Shown here in pieces: positions 37,853-47,566 of a stretch of 64,000 bases of DNA. The notes below the pieces were generated by a model. That model did no database searches. It was not told the origin of the DNA and was given only the letters and a program-made list of their open reading frames with translations. The stretch is from an uncultured delta proteobacterium (GTDB lineage: Bacteria; Myxococcota_A; Polyangia; Polyangiales; Polyangiaceae). Location: the NCBI GenBank assembly GCA_963806225.1, contig CAWDXG010000004.1:5024001-5088000 (forward strand), read 5' to 3'. The stretch's first letter is position 1, and each line of letters opens with the position of its first letter. The position numbers and the translations under genes were made by a program.

Positions 37853-38458
37853 ATGAACGCGATGATGACCTGGCCCGCCGACCCCCGAGCCGCGCACCGT
37901 GCCGCCGAGCCCATGGCCCCGGCCCCCAAGCCGCTGCGCGAGGAAATGCTGGCGGTGCTCCCGTCACTCAACGCCCGCGCGCTGAAGCTGTGCCGGAACC
38001 CGACCGAAGCGCAGGACCTGCTGCAGGACACCGTCGAGCGCGCGCTGCGTTTCGAGGCGAGCTACCGTCCCGGCACGAACCTGCGCGCGTGGATGCAGCA
38101 GATCCTGTTCAGCGTGTTCGTGACGCGCTGCCGGCGCCGCGGGCGCGAGCGGCGTGCGCTCGACTCGCTCACGCAGGACCCCTGCGCGTGGACGCGGCGC
38201 GACGCGCCGCCCGCGATGCGCGCGCTCTCTCCGCGGGTTGCAGGCGCCGTCGACGCGCTGCCCGATCAGTTCGCGGCGGTCGTGCGCCTGGTAGACATCG
38301 GCGAGCACTCGTACAAAGAGGCGGCCGAAAAGCTCGGCGTGCCGGTCGGCACCGTGATGAGCCGGCTGTTCCGCGGCCGTCGGCTGCTGGCGCAGGTGCT
38401 CGCGGAGCAGACCGCGTGCGTCGAGGTCGAGGTCGAGCCCACGGCGGAGGCCGCCTAG
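37853..38458 (+). CDS. ECF-type RNA polymerase sigma factor
   Basis: AQDLLQDT, GTNLRAW, SYKEAAEKLGVPVGTVMSRLFRGR. Confidence 0.93.
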   Translation: MNAMMTWPADPRAAHRAAEPMAPAPKPLREEMLAVLPSLNARALKLCRNPTEAQDLLQDTVERALRFEASYRPGTNLRAWMQQILFSVFVTRCRRRGRERRALDSLTQDPCAWTRRDAPPAMRALSPRVAGAVDALPDQFAAVVRLVDIGEHSYKEAAEKLGVPVGTVMSRLFRGRRLLAQVLAEQTACVEVEVEPTAEAA

Positions 38459-39231
38459 AACGTCTCGACCGTGCCGGACAGGATGCGATGACGCGTGCCG
38501 GCGTCGTCCTCGACGACGAGCGCGCCGTCGCGATCGACGCCCTGCGCGCTGCCCGCGACTCCCTCGATGCGCACGCGCCGGCCGCGCAGGGCATCGTGGC
38601 GGCGGAGCTCGTCCAGCATCGGCTCGAGCCCTGCGCGCTCGTAGCTTTCCACGCGCGCGCCGAGCGCCTCGAGCAGATCGACGAGCAGCACCTCGCGTCC
38701 GGGGTCGGCCGCACCAAGCAGCGACAGCGATGTCGCCGAGTCGCGGATCTCCTCGGGCAGCTCGCGCGTCCCGACGTTGAGTCCCACGCCGACCACCACC
38801 GCCGAGAGCTTGCCGGCGGCGAGTTGGCTCTCCACCAGGATGCCGGCGAGCTTGCGTCCGCTGACGAACACGTCGTTGGGCCACTTCACGCTCACCGGCG
38901 CTTCGATCCGCGGCGCGATAGCGTCCCGGACCGCGAGCCCTGCAGCGAGCGTGAGCGCGCTCAGCCGTTCGAGCTCCAGTCGAGGCCTGAGCAGCAGCGA
39001 GAACGTGAGGTCATCGCCCGGCGCGGCGCTCCAGCGGTGCCCGCGCCGGCCGCGTCCCTTGGTCTGCTCGTCCGCCACGAACGTCGCGCCGTGCGGCGCC
39101 CCCGCGCGCGCCGCCGCCATCGCGTCGTCGTTCGTCGAGCCCGTGACGGCGCGGTACTCGAGGGGGCGCCCCAGCGCCAGGCCGCGCTCCTGAAGCAGAG
39201 CCACGGCGCGCGTGCTGTCGAAGGCCGGCAT
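38455..39231 (-). CDS. birA: Biotin--[acetyl-CoA carboxylase] ligase (no HTH)
   Basis: GSTND, QTKGRGRRG, KWPNDV, KLAGILVE, GVGLNV. Confidence 0.95.
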   Translation of the reverse strand: MPAFDSTRAVALLQERGLALGRPLEYRAVTGSTNDDAMAAARAGAPHGATFVADEQTKGRGRRGHRWSAAPGDDLTFSLLLRPRLELERLSALTLAAGLAVRDAIAPRIEAPVSVKWPNDVFVSGRKLAGILVESQLAAGKLSAVVVGVGLNVGTRELPEEIRDSATSLSLLGAADPGREVLLVDLLEALGARVESYERAGLEPMLDELRRHDALRGRRVRIEGVAGSAQGVDRDGALVVEDDAGTRHRILSGTVETF

Positions 39232-39311
39232 CGGGCCTAGCGTGTCGCGTCCTGACGGGCCGGGGGAAATTTTTCCGGCAACCGGCCAGGTCGGTGGCCG
39301 AGTAGGCGCGC

Positions 39312-40229
39312 ATGTCCGGTATCAGAGGCTTTTCCAGTTGTTCAGTAGCGCTGCTCGCTTTTGCGGGGGCAGCGCTGGTTTCCGGGGTCGCGGCCGCCCA
39401 GACGGCTCCGGCCCACGCCATCGCCGCCGAGCCCGTCGCAGCCGTTGTGGCCCCCGCACAGGCCGGCGGGCCCGCCCGAGCGACACCCTCCACCACGGCG
39501 CAGGCCAGCGGCGGGTACGGCTTGCAGACGCCGCAGGCCGACCAGGCCGCGAGCGCGGAGAGCGGAAAGGCTTCGCTGTGGCCCGCGCCGGGCCGCTTCG
39601 TCGGCGTGGCCAGAGCTGGTTTCATGCTCCAGGGCAGCGGCCAGTGGAAGACCGACTGCAGCTCCAACGCCGGAAGCTGTCGGGACTCGTCGTCGCAGTC
39701 CGGTTACGATGACGGTTCGCAGACGATGTTCGGCGTCGACGCGCTGATCCAGACCACGCACACGCTGCGTCTCGGCCTCGGCACGCAGCTGGTGACGGAT
39801 CCGACGTACAAGTTGTCCGGTGGGGAGTCGTTCCACTCCGGTACCGAGCTCACGGCGCAGGGCGTGGTCGAGTTCGTGTTCCCGACCTCCGCGCGCTTCG
39901 CGCTGACGCTGCGCGGCCAGGTGGGCGCCATGCTGCTCTTCGCAGGTCGGGATCATTCGGACAAGATCAAGAACGAGCAGGATGCCTGCTCGAGTTCGGA
40001 GTATCCGACGTGCAACGTCTTCGTCGGGCCGTACGCCGGTCCCACCGCAGGGCTCGGTGTCGGGACGGATTTCAGGGCGGGCAAGGTCGGTCTGCGCCTG
40101 GATCTGGTAAGCCAGTTCTATTCGCTGAAGATCGGCGGGATCAAGGCGGCCGCCGGGTCCGAGCGGGTGGACATCGCCGACACCGTGTCCGGCAGGCGCG
40201 TGTGGTTGTCGGCGGGTCTCGAGTTCTAG
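39312..40229 (+). CDS. Putative outer-membrane beta-barrel protein with Cys-containing loops
   Basis: Signal peptide, Ala/Pro linker, alternating beta-strand pattern, C-terminal WLSAGLEF. Confidence 0.65.
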   Translation: MSGIRGFSSCSVALLAFAGAALVSGVAAAQTAPAHAIAAEPVAAVVAPAQAGGPARATPSTTAQASGGYGLQTPQADQAASAESGKASLWPAPGRFVGVARAGFMLQGSGQWKTDCSSNAGSCRDSSSQSGYDDGSQTMFGVDALIQTTHTLRLGLGTQLVTDPTYKLSGGESFHSGTELTAQGVVEFVFPTSARFALTLRGQVGAMLLFAGRDHSDKIKNEQDACSSSEYPTCNVFVGPYAGPTAGLGVGTDFRAGKVGLRLDLVSQFYSLKIGGIKAAAGSERVDIADTVSGRRVWLSAGLEF

Positions 40230-40301
40230 GCGGGAATGCGGCGACCGAGGCTTCGGGCAACGCGCTCCCGTCGCCGCGGGAAAGTCGGATAGACTGGCGG
40301 C

Positions 40302-41483
40302 GTGAGGAGGCTCGCGTTCCTGTTTGCCGTCGCGCTTGCCGGTTGCTCGAGCGGCAACCCGGCAAGCGGCGACGCATCGACCGGCGGCACATCGGCGGGC
40401 GGCGGAGCGAGCGGCGGTGCGGCGGGCCAGGGCGCGGGTGGCGCGGTGCAGAGCGGTGGCGCACCCGGGAGCGCGGGCCTGGACGGTGGTGGCGCGACGG
40501 GTAGCGGTGGTCAGGGCGGGAGCGGCGGAGTCGATGCGGGGCCGGGTTGCACACTCACCGACTCTGGGCCGCTGAGCGCGACGAGCGACGGGCAGGTGAT
40601 CGAGAAGCTCCGCATCACCAGCACGTCGGGCGCTGCGCTCACCATCCATGGTCACGCGAACGTCGTGGTGCGCGACGTCGAGATCCTCCACGCCGGCGGT
40701 CCGGGCATCGACGCGTCCAATGCGCCGGGGCTCCTCATCCAGCGCGTGCACGTGGTCCACACCGGGGCACCGCCAAAGGGCCCGAATCCCTCCGCTGATC
40801 TGGTCAACATCTCGATCTACTCGTCGGACAACGTGACCATCGAGCACGCCAGGCTTGAACGCGGCTCGAGCGGGATCTACCTGGTGCAGTCGCCCGGCGC
40901 GAAGCTCGGCTGGATCGAGGGACACGACTTCCGCGGGCCGTTCCCGCGCGGCCAGGTGGTCCAGTTCGACAACTCGCCGAACAGCTCGCTCGCAGACTTC
41001 TCGTGCGAGGATCCGCCGGACACCTCGTGGCCGGAGGACAACGTGTCGGTGTGGCGTTCGTCGAACGTGAGCGTGCAGCGTGGCTTCATCGACGGGAACA
41101 ACTCGCCGACCGGCGTGGGCGTGATGTTCGAGCTGTCCGATGGCACCTCGAGCGGCGGCCTGGCCGAGGATGTCGACACGGTCGACATGGGCAACGGAAG
41201 CTTCTCGGGCTACCCCGCGCGTGACGTCACCTTCCGCCGCACCCGGGCGCGCGACAACCACTGCAGCGGGCAGGCGGGCCGTGCGGCTCCGTCCTCGGGC
41301 TCGCTCGTGTGGGCCGGGAGCCCCGACTCCCAGAATCTCGCCATCGAGCAGTCGAGCTACTACGCGCTCTGCAATCCCCAGAACCTGGTCTGGGACAAGA
41401 GCGTGTTCACGACCGTCGACATCAGCAAGGCGGACTTCACGCCGCGTGCGCCGATCCGCGAGCACTTCTGCTGGGAGCCGTAG
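40302..41483 (+). CDS. Lipoprotein with Gly linker and right-handed beta-helix (pectin lyase-like) domain
   Basis: Lipobox LAGC; repeated NVVVRDVEI / NVTIEHA / NVSVQRG / DVTFRR strands. Confidence 0.7.
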   Translation: MRRLAFLFAVALAGCSSGNPASGDASTGGTSAGGGASGGAAGQGAGGAVQSGGAPGSAGLDGGGATGSGGQGGSGGVDAGPGCTLTDSGPLSATSDGQVIEKLRITSTSGAALTIHGHANVVVRDVEILHAGGPGIDASNAPGLLIQRVHVVHTGAPPKGPNPSADLVNISIYSSDNVTIEHARLERGSSGIYLVQSPGAKLGWIEGHDFRGPFPRGQVVQFDNSPNSSLADFSCEDPPDTSWPEDNVSVWRSSNVSVQRGFIDGNNSPTGVGVMFELSDGTSSGGLAEDVDTVDMGNGSFSGYPARDVTFRRTRARDNHCSGQAGRAAPSSGSLVWAGSPDSQNLAIEQSSYYALCNPQNLVWDKSVFTTVDISKADFTPRAPIREHFCWEP

Positions 41484-41486
41484 CGC

Positions 41487-42284
41487 GTGCCAATCCGTCT
41501 TCTCGTTGTGCTCGCCTTGCTCGGCCTGTGCGTGGGCTGCGCGCGGGAGCGAGCGCCTCTCGCGCCGCGTGGCGCGCCGAGCAGCGCCGCGCCGGAGTCT
41601 GCTCCGCCCTCCGGGCCGGAGTTCGCTCCGGCGCCACCTGCTGCCTCCGGTTTTGCCCAGCCTCCGCCTTCCGGTTCCGCGCCGCCGCCGCCTCCCGCGA
41701 CAACAGGCACCGCGCCGCCGGTCGATCTCTCCAGCCTGCCGCCCGGGCCACCCACGTGCGCGAAGAGCGAGTGCGGTCCGGCGCCGATGTACCCGACCGA
41801 GGGCTGCGCCGACGGCCAGCACCTGGGTGGCCGCGGCCCTTGCATGCGACGGGCGGACGGCAAGTGCGGTTGGACGCGGCTCACGTGTCCGGCACCCGAT
41901 GCGCCCGCGTGCCAGTGCAGCTCTCCGCCGTCGCCGTCGCACTGGTTGTGCCCGGACGGCAAGCACGACGGGGAGATCGGTCCGTGCGTGCGGGGAAAGA
42001 ATGGCTGCGGTTGGCTCTACCGGCGGTGCCCGCCCGGCAGCATGCAGCCGCCGCCGGCTCCGCCGCCGCCTGCACCGAAGACCCAATCCATCTTCAAGCC
42101 CTGCGACCCGCTGCCGGGTCTCGCCGTGCTCCGGAAGTGGCCCATCAACTCCATCTGCGCGCCCGGCGGTGGTCCGGTGCAGCCGCGACGAAAGTCCATC
42201 CGCTCGCTGGGCGACGGCACCAGCATCATCCAGCAGCGCCAGGGCTGCTTCCGCGCGCGCTACCGGCGCTGTTTCGGGAAGTAG
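41487..42284 (+). CDS. Pro-rich, Cys-rich hypothetical lipoprotein
   Basis: Lipobox CVGC; two similar modules C-x-DG...GPC-x-R...CGW...CP. Confidence 0.75.
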   Translation: MPIRLLVVLALLGLCVGCARERAPLAPRGAPSSAAPESAPPSGPEFAPAPPAASGFAQPPPSGSAPPPPPATTGTAPPVDLSSLPPGPPTCAKSECGPAPMYPTEGCADGQHLGGRGPCMRRADGKCGWTRLTCPAPDAPACQCSSPPSPSHWLCPDGKHDGEIGPCVRGKNGCGWLYRRCPPGSMQPPPAPPPPAPKTQSIFKPCDPLPGLAVLRKWPINSICAPGGGPVQPRRKSIRSLGDGTSIIQQRQGCFRARYRRCFGK

Positions 42285-43712
42285 CTATCCGGAAAAGCGC
42301 AGGCCCATCACGAAGCGCTGCCACGTCTTGCGGAACGCGGTGGGGTCGGGATTGCCGAGCACGCGCATCAGCGTGGCGTAGCCGGTCGGGTCCGTCGCGT
42401 GGTGCGCGGAAAACTCCCTGAAGTAGCGCTCGAGCAGGCCGCGCTGTTGCAGGTAGTAGAGCAGGTAGCGCGCCTGCGAGTAGTTCGTGCCGGGGTCGTG
42501 GTTGTAGAACTGGTCGTCGCTGGTGGACGTGAGCGTGCGGAACGACGGCACCGCGCCGCCGCGGAGGGCGCGCTGCAGTCCCGCGAGGCGCCAGTTGGTG
42601 AGCCCCACGATGCGCCCATCGCGATCGGCGGACTGCTCGTAGAGCGACCCCAGCCCTTCGTTGAACCAGGCGGGGCAGTCGGGGAAGTTCGCTTCGACGA
42701 ACGGGTGCACGATCTCGTGGACCAGCGTGCCGCCGCCGGTCGAGATATTCATGACGAGCGCGCCGTGTGCGCTCGAGTAGTAGCCGTAGGGCGTGTCGGG
42801 CGTGTCGCCGAAGAGCGCGTGCGCGTTTCCGTAGTAGCTCCGCGCGTCCTTGAACAGCCATATGTCGAGGATTCGCGAGGGATCCTTCGAAAAGTAGCTC
42901 CGCTTCAACCGCTCCACGGCCCAGCGCACGGTGTGCTCGGCCGAAGCGGCGACGGCCTTGTCGCCCCCGTCGCCGACGACGACAAACGGTGGTGCGACCA
43001 CCACGGAGAAGCCGCGCGGCAGGTGCGCTCTCAGGCGCATCACGTGCTGGGCGTAGTCCGCAGCCGAGAAGCCGTCTGCACGCGGCGGGGGGCGCAGCTT
43101 GTCGGCCTCGAGGGCCAGACGGATGACCGTCCACCGGTCCTCGTCGTATTTCAGGGGCCACAGCGACAGGAAGCGCGCGCGGGACATGCGGAGGTACGCG
43201 CCGTTGTCCACTGCGGGGTCGCTGTAGACGATCTGATCGCGCTCGGCGTCGTAGCCGAGCACGAGGCGGAAGTGCTCGGTGGTGTGCGGGCGCTCGTCGA
43301 AGCGGGTGCACACGATCGACGGCACCCCGCGCACGAGGTCGGCGTACAGCTCGTCGAAGCGCTGAGCGAGCCCGGCCGCGTCGTGGGCGCGCACGCTGTA
43401 CCACACCCGGCCCGGCCGGACGCCGAGCGCGCGGAGTGCCGTGCCGAGCTCGCGCGTGGTGTCGCCCATGCCGCGCGCGGGATCCATGCCGGACACGTCG
43501 AACACCTGGTCCTGCGTGGCGTCGATGCCGCGCCAGCGCAGGAACATCGCCACGTCCGCCTCGCCGCAGAAGTCCGGCTTCTGCGCGACGTGGGGCACGC
43601 CGCGGATCACGACGCTGGCCGGATGCGGCCGGGCCGGGGCAGGGCGCGGCGGGCGCGCATCGCCGGCCGCGCAGCCCGCGGCGAGCAGCGCCGCCACGAT
43701 GAGCCCTCGCAT
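42285..43712 (-). CDS. Lipoprotein: C39-like cysteine peptidase domain fused to a gluzincin (HExxH) metallopeptidase domain
   Basis: Lipobox AAGC; QKPDFCGEA...HFRLVLGYD...YSDP; TLVHEIVH...AWFNEGLGSLYE. Confidence 0.75.
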   Translation of the reverse strand: MRGLIVAALLAAGCAAGDARPPRPAPARPHPASVVIRGVPHVAQKPDFCGEADVAMFLRWRGIDATQDQVFDVSGMDPARGMGDTTRELGTALRALGVRPGRVWYSVRAHDAAGLAQRFDELYADLVRGVPSIVCTRFDERPHTTEHFRLVLGYDAERDQIVYSDPAVDNGAYLRMSRARFLSLWPLKYDEDRWTVIRLALEADKLRPPPRADGFSAADYAQHVMRLRAHLPRGFSVVVAPPFVVVGDGGDKAVAASAEHTVRWAVERLKRSYFSKDPSRILDIWLFKDARSYYGNAHALFGDTPDTPYGYYSSAHGALVMNISTGGGTLVHEIVHPFVEANFPDCPAWFNEGLGSLYEQSADRDGRIVGLTNWRLAGLQRALRGGAVPSFRTLTSTSDDQFYNHDPGTNYSQARYLLYYLQQRGLLERYFREFSAHHATDPTGYATLMRVLGNPDPTAFRKTWQRFVMGLRFSG

Positions 43713-43800
43713 CCCCTGGTGCATCCCGGTTGGACGAAGCAGGGGGCCGGAATATTGGGTGGTCGTGGACGCGCGGGGCTGCCCGCGCGACTCTCTGCCT

Positions 43801-45531
43801 ATGGCCGACACGGCGCCGTTCACCTTCCAGGAGCTGATCCTCGAGCGCGCCCTGGATCCGGAAGCGCGCGATCGGGTCATGGCCCGCCTCGACGACACGC
43901 GCGTGACCTACGGCGAGTACGCGCGGCGCGCGGCGCGTTTCGCCCACCTGATGCTCGAACAGGGCGAGGCGCCCCAGATCGCGGTGATGATGCAGAACCG
44001 GCTCGAGTTCCTCGATGCCTACGGGGGCGCGGCGCTCGCCGGCGGCACCTTGTTCGGCATCAACACGGGGCTCGGTGGCGAGGTGCTCCGGCGGGTCATC
44101 GAGCGGAGCGGAGCTTCGCTCGTGATCGTCGACGAGGAGAATCGCGCGGCCGTGGACGAGATCGCGTCGCGGCTCGAGGCGCGCGTGCTGTGCGCCGGCC
44201 CGGACCTCGACGCAGAGCTTGCACGCCAGCCGGACGAGCCGCCGCCGCTGCCCGCGGGGCTCGGCATGCAGACGCCGTGGATGGTGATCTACACGTCCGG
44301 CACCACGGGGCTGCCCAAGGGCATCCTCAACTCGCACGCCAAGCTGCGCGGCATCGGTATGTTCGTGGCGAACCTGGCGGGCATGACGAACGACGACATC
44401 GGCTACATCTCCACGCCGCTCTTCCACTCGAACGCCGTGTTCCTGAACTGGCTGCCCGCGTTCTCGATGGGTGCGTCGGTGGCGCTGCGTGCGACGTTCA
44501 CGGCGTCCGGTTTCTTCGACGATATCGTGCGCTACGGCGCGACGTACTGGAACTACGTGGGGCAGCCGGTGCACTATGTGCTTGAGGCGATCGCGAAGCG
44601 ATTCGACGGCGACGACGAGCGCATCGCCCGCGAAGTCGCGGGCCACCCCGGAAACAAGCTCTGCTTCGCCTACGGCACGGGCGCCAGTGGCGCGGAGCGC
44701 GCGCGCTTCATGCGCTACTTCGGCGTCGAACACGTGTACGAGAACTACGGCAGCACGGAAGCCGAGATCAGCACCTGGTGCATGCCGGACAATCCCATCG
44801 ACAGCGTCGGCGAGGTGCTGGACGAAGCCATCTCCATCATGAACGAAGCGGGCGGATTGTGTCCGCCGCTTCGCGTGGACGAAGGCGGAAATCCGTTGAA
44901 CTACGCGGAGGCGGTTGGCGAGATCGTGCGCCAGGGCACTACCGGGCGCTTTTCCGGCTATCACGACATGCCGGAAGCGACGGAGAAGAAGGTGCAGGAC
45001 GGCTGGTATCGCTCGGGCGATCTCGGGGCGATCCGCGAGATCGATGGGCGGCGCTTCCTCTACTTTGTCGGTCGCACGGACGATTGGATCCGCAAGGACG
45101 GCGAGAACTTCAGCGCGGAGAGCGTGGTCGGCATGGTCAGGTCGTTTCACGGGCTGGATCGCGCAGCCGCCTACGGCGTGCCGCACCCGGTGAGCGACGA
45201 GTGGGTCATGGTGGCTCTCGGGATGAAGCCCGGACACGACTTCGACCCGAAGGCCTTCTTCGACCACTGCGAAGCGGAGGTGGCGCGCGGTCGTGATCGC
45301 AAGTGGTTCCCGGATGTGGTGCGCCTCGTGGACGAGTTCCCCTGGACGGAAACCTGGAAGATCAAGGTGCGCGAGCTGAAGCAGGCGTTCTACCATCCGG
45401 ATCGCGCGCGGCGCGTGTTCCTGCGCCGCAGGGGCGACCGCACGTTCTCGCCGCTCGGGCGAGCTGGCTTCGAGCGGCTGGCGGAGGAGTTTGATGCGAC
45501 CGGTCGCTCCGCGCTGATCGAGCTCCGCTAG
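43801..45531 (+). CDS. AMP-dependent acyl-CoA synthetase (FadD17/FATP-like)
   Basis: IYTSGTTGLPKG, PLFHSNA, NYVG, YGSTE, YRSGDL, GRTDDWIRKDGENFS. Confidence 0.88.
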   Translation: MADTAPFTFQELILERALDPEARDRVMARLDDTRVTYGEYARRAARFAHLMLEQGEAPQIAVMMQNRLEFLDAYGGAALAGGTLFGINTGLGGEVLRRVIERSGASLVIVDEENRAAVDEIASRLEARVLCAGPDLDAELARQPDEPPPLPAGLGMQTPWMVIYTSGTTGLPKGILNSHAKLRGIGMFVANLAGMTNDDIGYISTPLFHSNAVFLNWLPAFSMGASVALRATFTASGFFDDIVRYGATYWNYVGQPVHYVLEAIAKRFDGDDERIAREVAGHPGNKLCFAYGTGASGAERARFMRYFGVEHVYENYGSTEAEISTWCMPDNPIDSVGEVLDEAISIMNEAGGLCPPLRVDEGGNPLNYAEAVGEIVRQGTTGRFSGYHDMPEATEKKVQDGWYRSGDLGAIREIDGRRFLYFVGRTDDWIRKDGENFSAESVVGMVRSFHGLDRAAAYGVPHPVSDEWVMVALGMKPGHDFDPKAFFDHCEAEVARGRDRKWFPDVVRLVDEFPWTETWKIKVRELKQAFYHPDRARRVFLRRRGDRTFSPLGRAGFERLAEEFDATGRSALIELR

Positions 45532-46373
45532 GCGAGCCGCTCGATATCGAGTGCGATGTCCGCCGCCGCTACCGAGTGCGTCAGCGCGCCCACGCTGATG
45601 ATGTCCACGCCCGCCTTGGACAGTGCGGCGACGCGCTCGAGCGTGATGCCGCCGGAGACCTCGACCAGAGCGCGCTTTTCCACGAGCTTCACCGCCGCGC
45701 TGACCTCGCCGGGCTTGAAGTTGTCGAGCATGACGATGTCCGCGCGCGCGTCGAGCGCTTCTTCCAGCGCTTCCATCGACTCGACCTCCACCTCGATACG
45801 CGAGGTGTGGGGCGCGTGGGCGCGCGCGCGTTCGATGGCGTGGCGCACGCCGCCGGCCGCTTCGATGTGGTTGTCCTTGATGAGCACGGCCGAGCCCAGC
45901 GTGTCGCGGTGGTTGTACGCGCCGCCGGCGCGCACCGCGTAGCGCTCCAGCGCGCGCAGCCCCGGTGTCGTCTTGCGCGTGTCGGTGATACGCGCGCGGC
46001 TGCCTTCGGCGATGGCCGCGACGTAGCGCGCTGCCTGCGTGGCGATGCCGCTCATGCGTTGAGCGAAGTTCAGCGCGGTGCGCTCCGCCATCAGGATGGA
46101 CCGCGTCGAGCCTTCCACGAGCCACAGCACGGCGTCCTTGTCGGCGTGCTCGCCCTCGGCGATGCGCCGCTCGACGCGCAGCCCCGGGTCCACGCGGTAG
46201 AAGCAGCGTGCGAACACGTCGCCCCCACACACGACCAAGGGCTTTCGGGCGATGGCGCTTCCGACGGCGCGCGAGCCCTCCGGCACCACCGATTCCGTCG
46301 TGAGATCGCCGCCCTCGAGATCCTCGGCCAGCGCGCGGTCGACCAGCTCGTCCAGCAGATAGTCCGGAATCAC
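45528..46373 (-). CDS. nadC: Nicotinate-nucleotide diphosphorylase (carboxylating)
   Basis: ALAED, ERTALN, DTRKTTPG, LIKDNH, EVEV, MLDN, EVSGG, SVGALTHS. Confidence 0.97.
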   Translation of the reverse strand: MIPDYLLDELVDRALAEDLEGGDLTTESVVPEGSRAVGSAIARKPLVVCGGDVFARCFYRVDPGLRVERRIAEGEHADKDAVLWLVEGSTRSILMAERTALNFAQRMSGIATQAARYVAAIAEGSRARITDTRKTTPGLRALERYAVRAGGAYNHRDTLGSAVLIKDNHIEAAGGVRHAIERARAHAPHTSRIEVEVESMEALEEALDARADIVMLDNFKPGEVSAAVKLVEKRALVEVSGGITLERVAALSKAGVDIISVGALTHSVAAADIALDIERLA

Positions 46374-46463
46374 GGCCGGGAAGCTAGCCGCGCTGGGGGC
46401 GGCGCGCAAAGGATGTCCAACCTCCCGGCAAGGCTGCCGTCGAGCAGCTGTGTGGCGGCCGTC

Positions 46464-47471
46464 TCAGGGGCCGGTCAGCGTCATGTGTTCCGCGGCGGTT
46501 TTCAGGGCGTCCGCGTCGGGAGCGCTGCCGTGCGCGAAGACGTGCAGCATCTCGTGATCGTCGAGCTTCGTCATGGCTTCCAGCATGACGACGTCCCCGG
46601 CGGTCCAGCGCATCCACTTTACGTTGTGGCCCAGCAGCTTGCCGGCGACCTTCTGCACCTGTGCCGCGGGAACGCCAGCCTGTTCGAACTGGTACGACGG
46701 GTACTCTCCGATGTAGACGCCCATGGCGGAGGGGAAGTCGCCGAGGTGGCGGATCGTGCGCAGATGCAGCACGAGGAAATCCGGCCCCGGTTGGCTCGTC
46801 AGCACGGACGGCGCCGGCGAGCGCACGACCAGAACGCGTTTTCCGCCGAGGTCGATGCGGTGCTCGGCGGAAAGCGCCAATGCGTGCTCGCCGGCGGTCA
46901 GGGTTCCCGCGATGCTCCTCGCTCGAGCCGTCCAACGTGCGTGCTCGCCCGCCATCTCCGGCAGGATGTAGAAGCCGACCTCCGCGGTTGTGCGATCCGC
47001 CCGCTCGACGAGCAACTCGAGTACGCACAGCGGCGAGTCGGAACGCTGTCCCTCGGGGACGAACGCGGCGACGTGCAGACCGGTACCGGCGACAAGCGGC
47101 TCGAGCTTGCCGTGTTCGCCCTTCCCGACGAGCCAATGCCGCGCGTCGGCGATCACGTCGCCGGTGCCGAGCGCGAACACCTCGTCCGCCATCATGACGA
47201 AGCGCGCCATGTCGCCCTGGCCGGGGACGAGGAGCACGCGCGTCTCCTCCTCGGACGACTGCTCGTCCGCCATCATGCTGGTACGCCGCGGTAGGATGCG
47301 CGCGCCGTCGGGCATCCGGAACGCGAGCCGCCCGCCGAGCAGTGGCGTGCGTTTCCCTTCCGGGGCGGCGGACCTGGCGCGGGGCGCCTGTTCGTGCTCC
47401 ACGCGCGGCGGGGTCGTCGCGCAGCCTGCCAGGACCGCGAAGAAGATTGCGCTGACGATCGAGCGAGTCAC
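46464..47471 (-). CDS. Hypothetical lipoprotein
   Basis: Lipobox LAGC; GTG 47471 chosen because TAGGCT lies 8 nt upstream (TTG 47480 also possible). Confidence 0.7.
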   Translation of the reverse strand: MTRSIVSAIFFAVLAGCATTPPRVEHEQAPRARSAAPEGKRTPLLGGRLAFRMPDGARILPRRTSMMADEQSSEEETRVLLVPGQGDMARFVMMADEVFALGTGDVIADARHWLVGKGEHGKLEPLVAGTGLHVAAFVPEGQRSDSPLCVLELLVERADRTTAEVGFYILPEMAGEHARWTARARSIAGTLTAGEHALALSAEHRIDLGGKRVLVVRSPAPSVLTSQPGPDFLVLHLRTIRHLGDFPSAMGVYIGEYPSYQFEQAGVPAAQVQKVAGKLLGHNVKWMRWTAGDVVMLEAMTKLDDHEMLHVFAHGSAPDADALKTAAEHMTLTGP

Positions 47472-47566
47472 CGCCGCCAAGCCTAGCGCAGATGCGGGCC
47501 CTGGAAACGGTGCGGGCCAGAGAACAGGGATGGCATTGCGGCACGCGGTGGCGGTACCTTGTTGTC

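Noticed and set aside
42226..46230. 1334-aa minus-strand ORF
   Set aside because: Arg/Ala-rich shadow frame over nadC, the CoA ligase and the peptidase; typical of high-GC DNA
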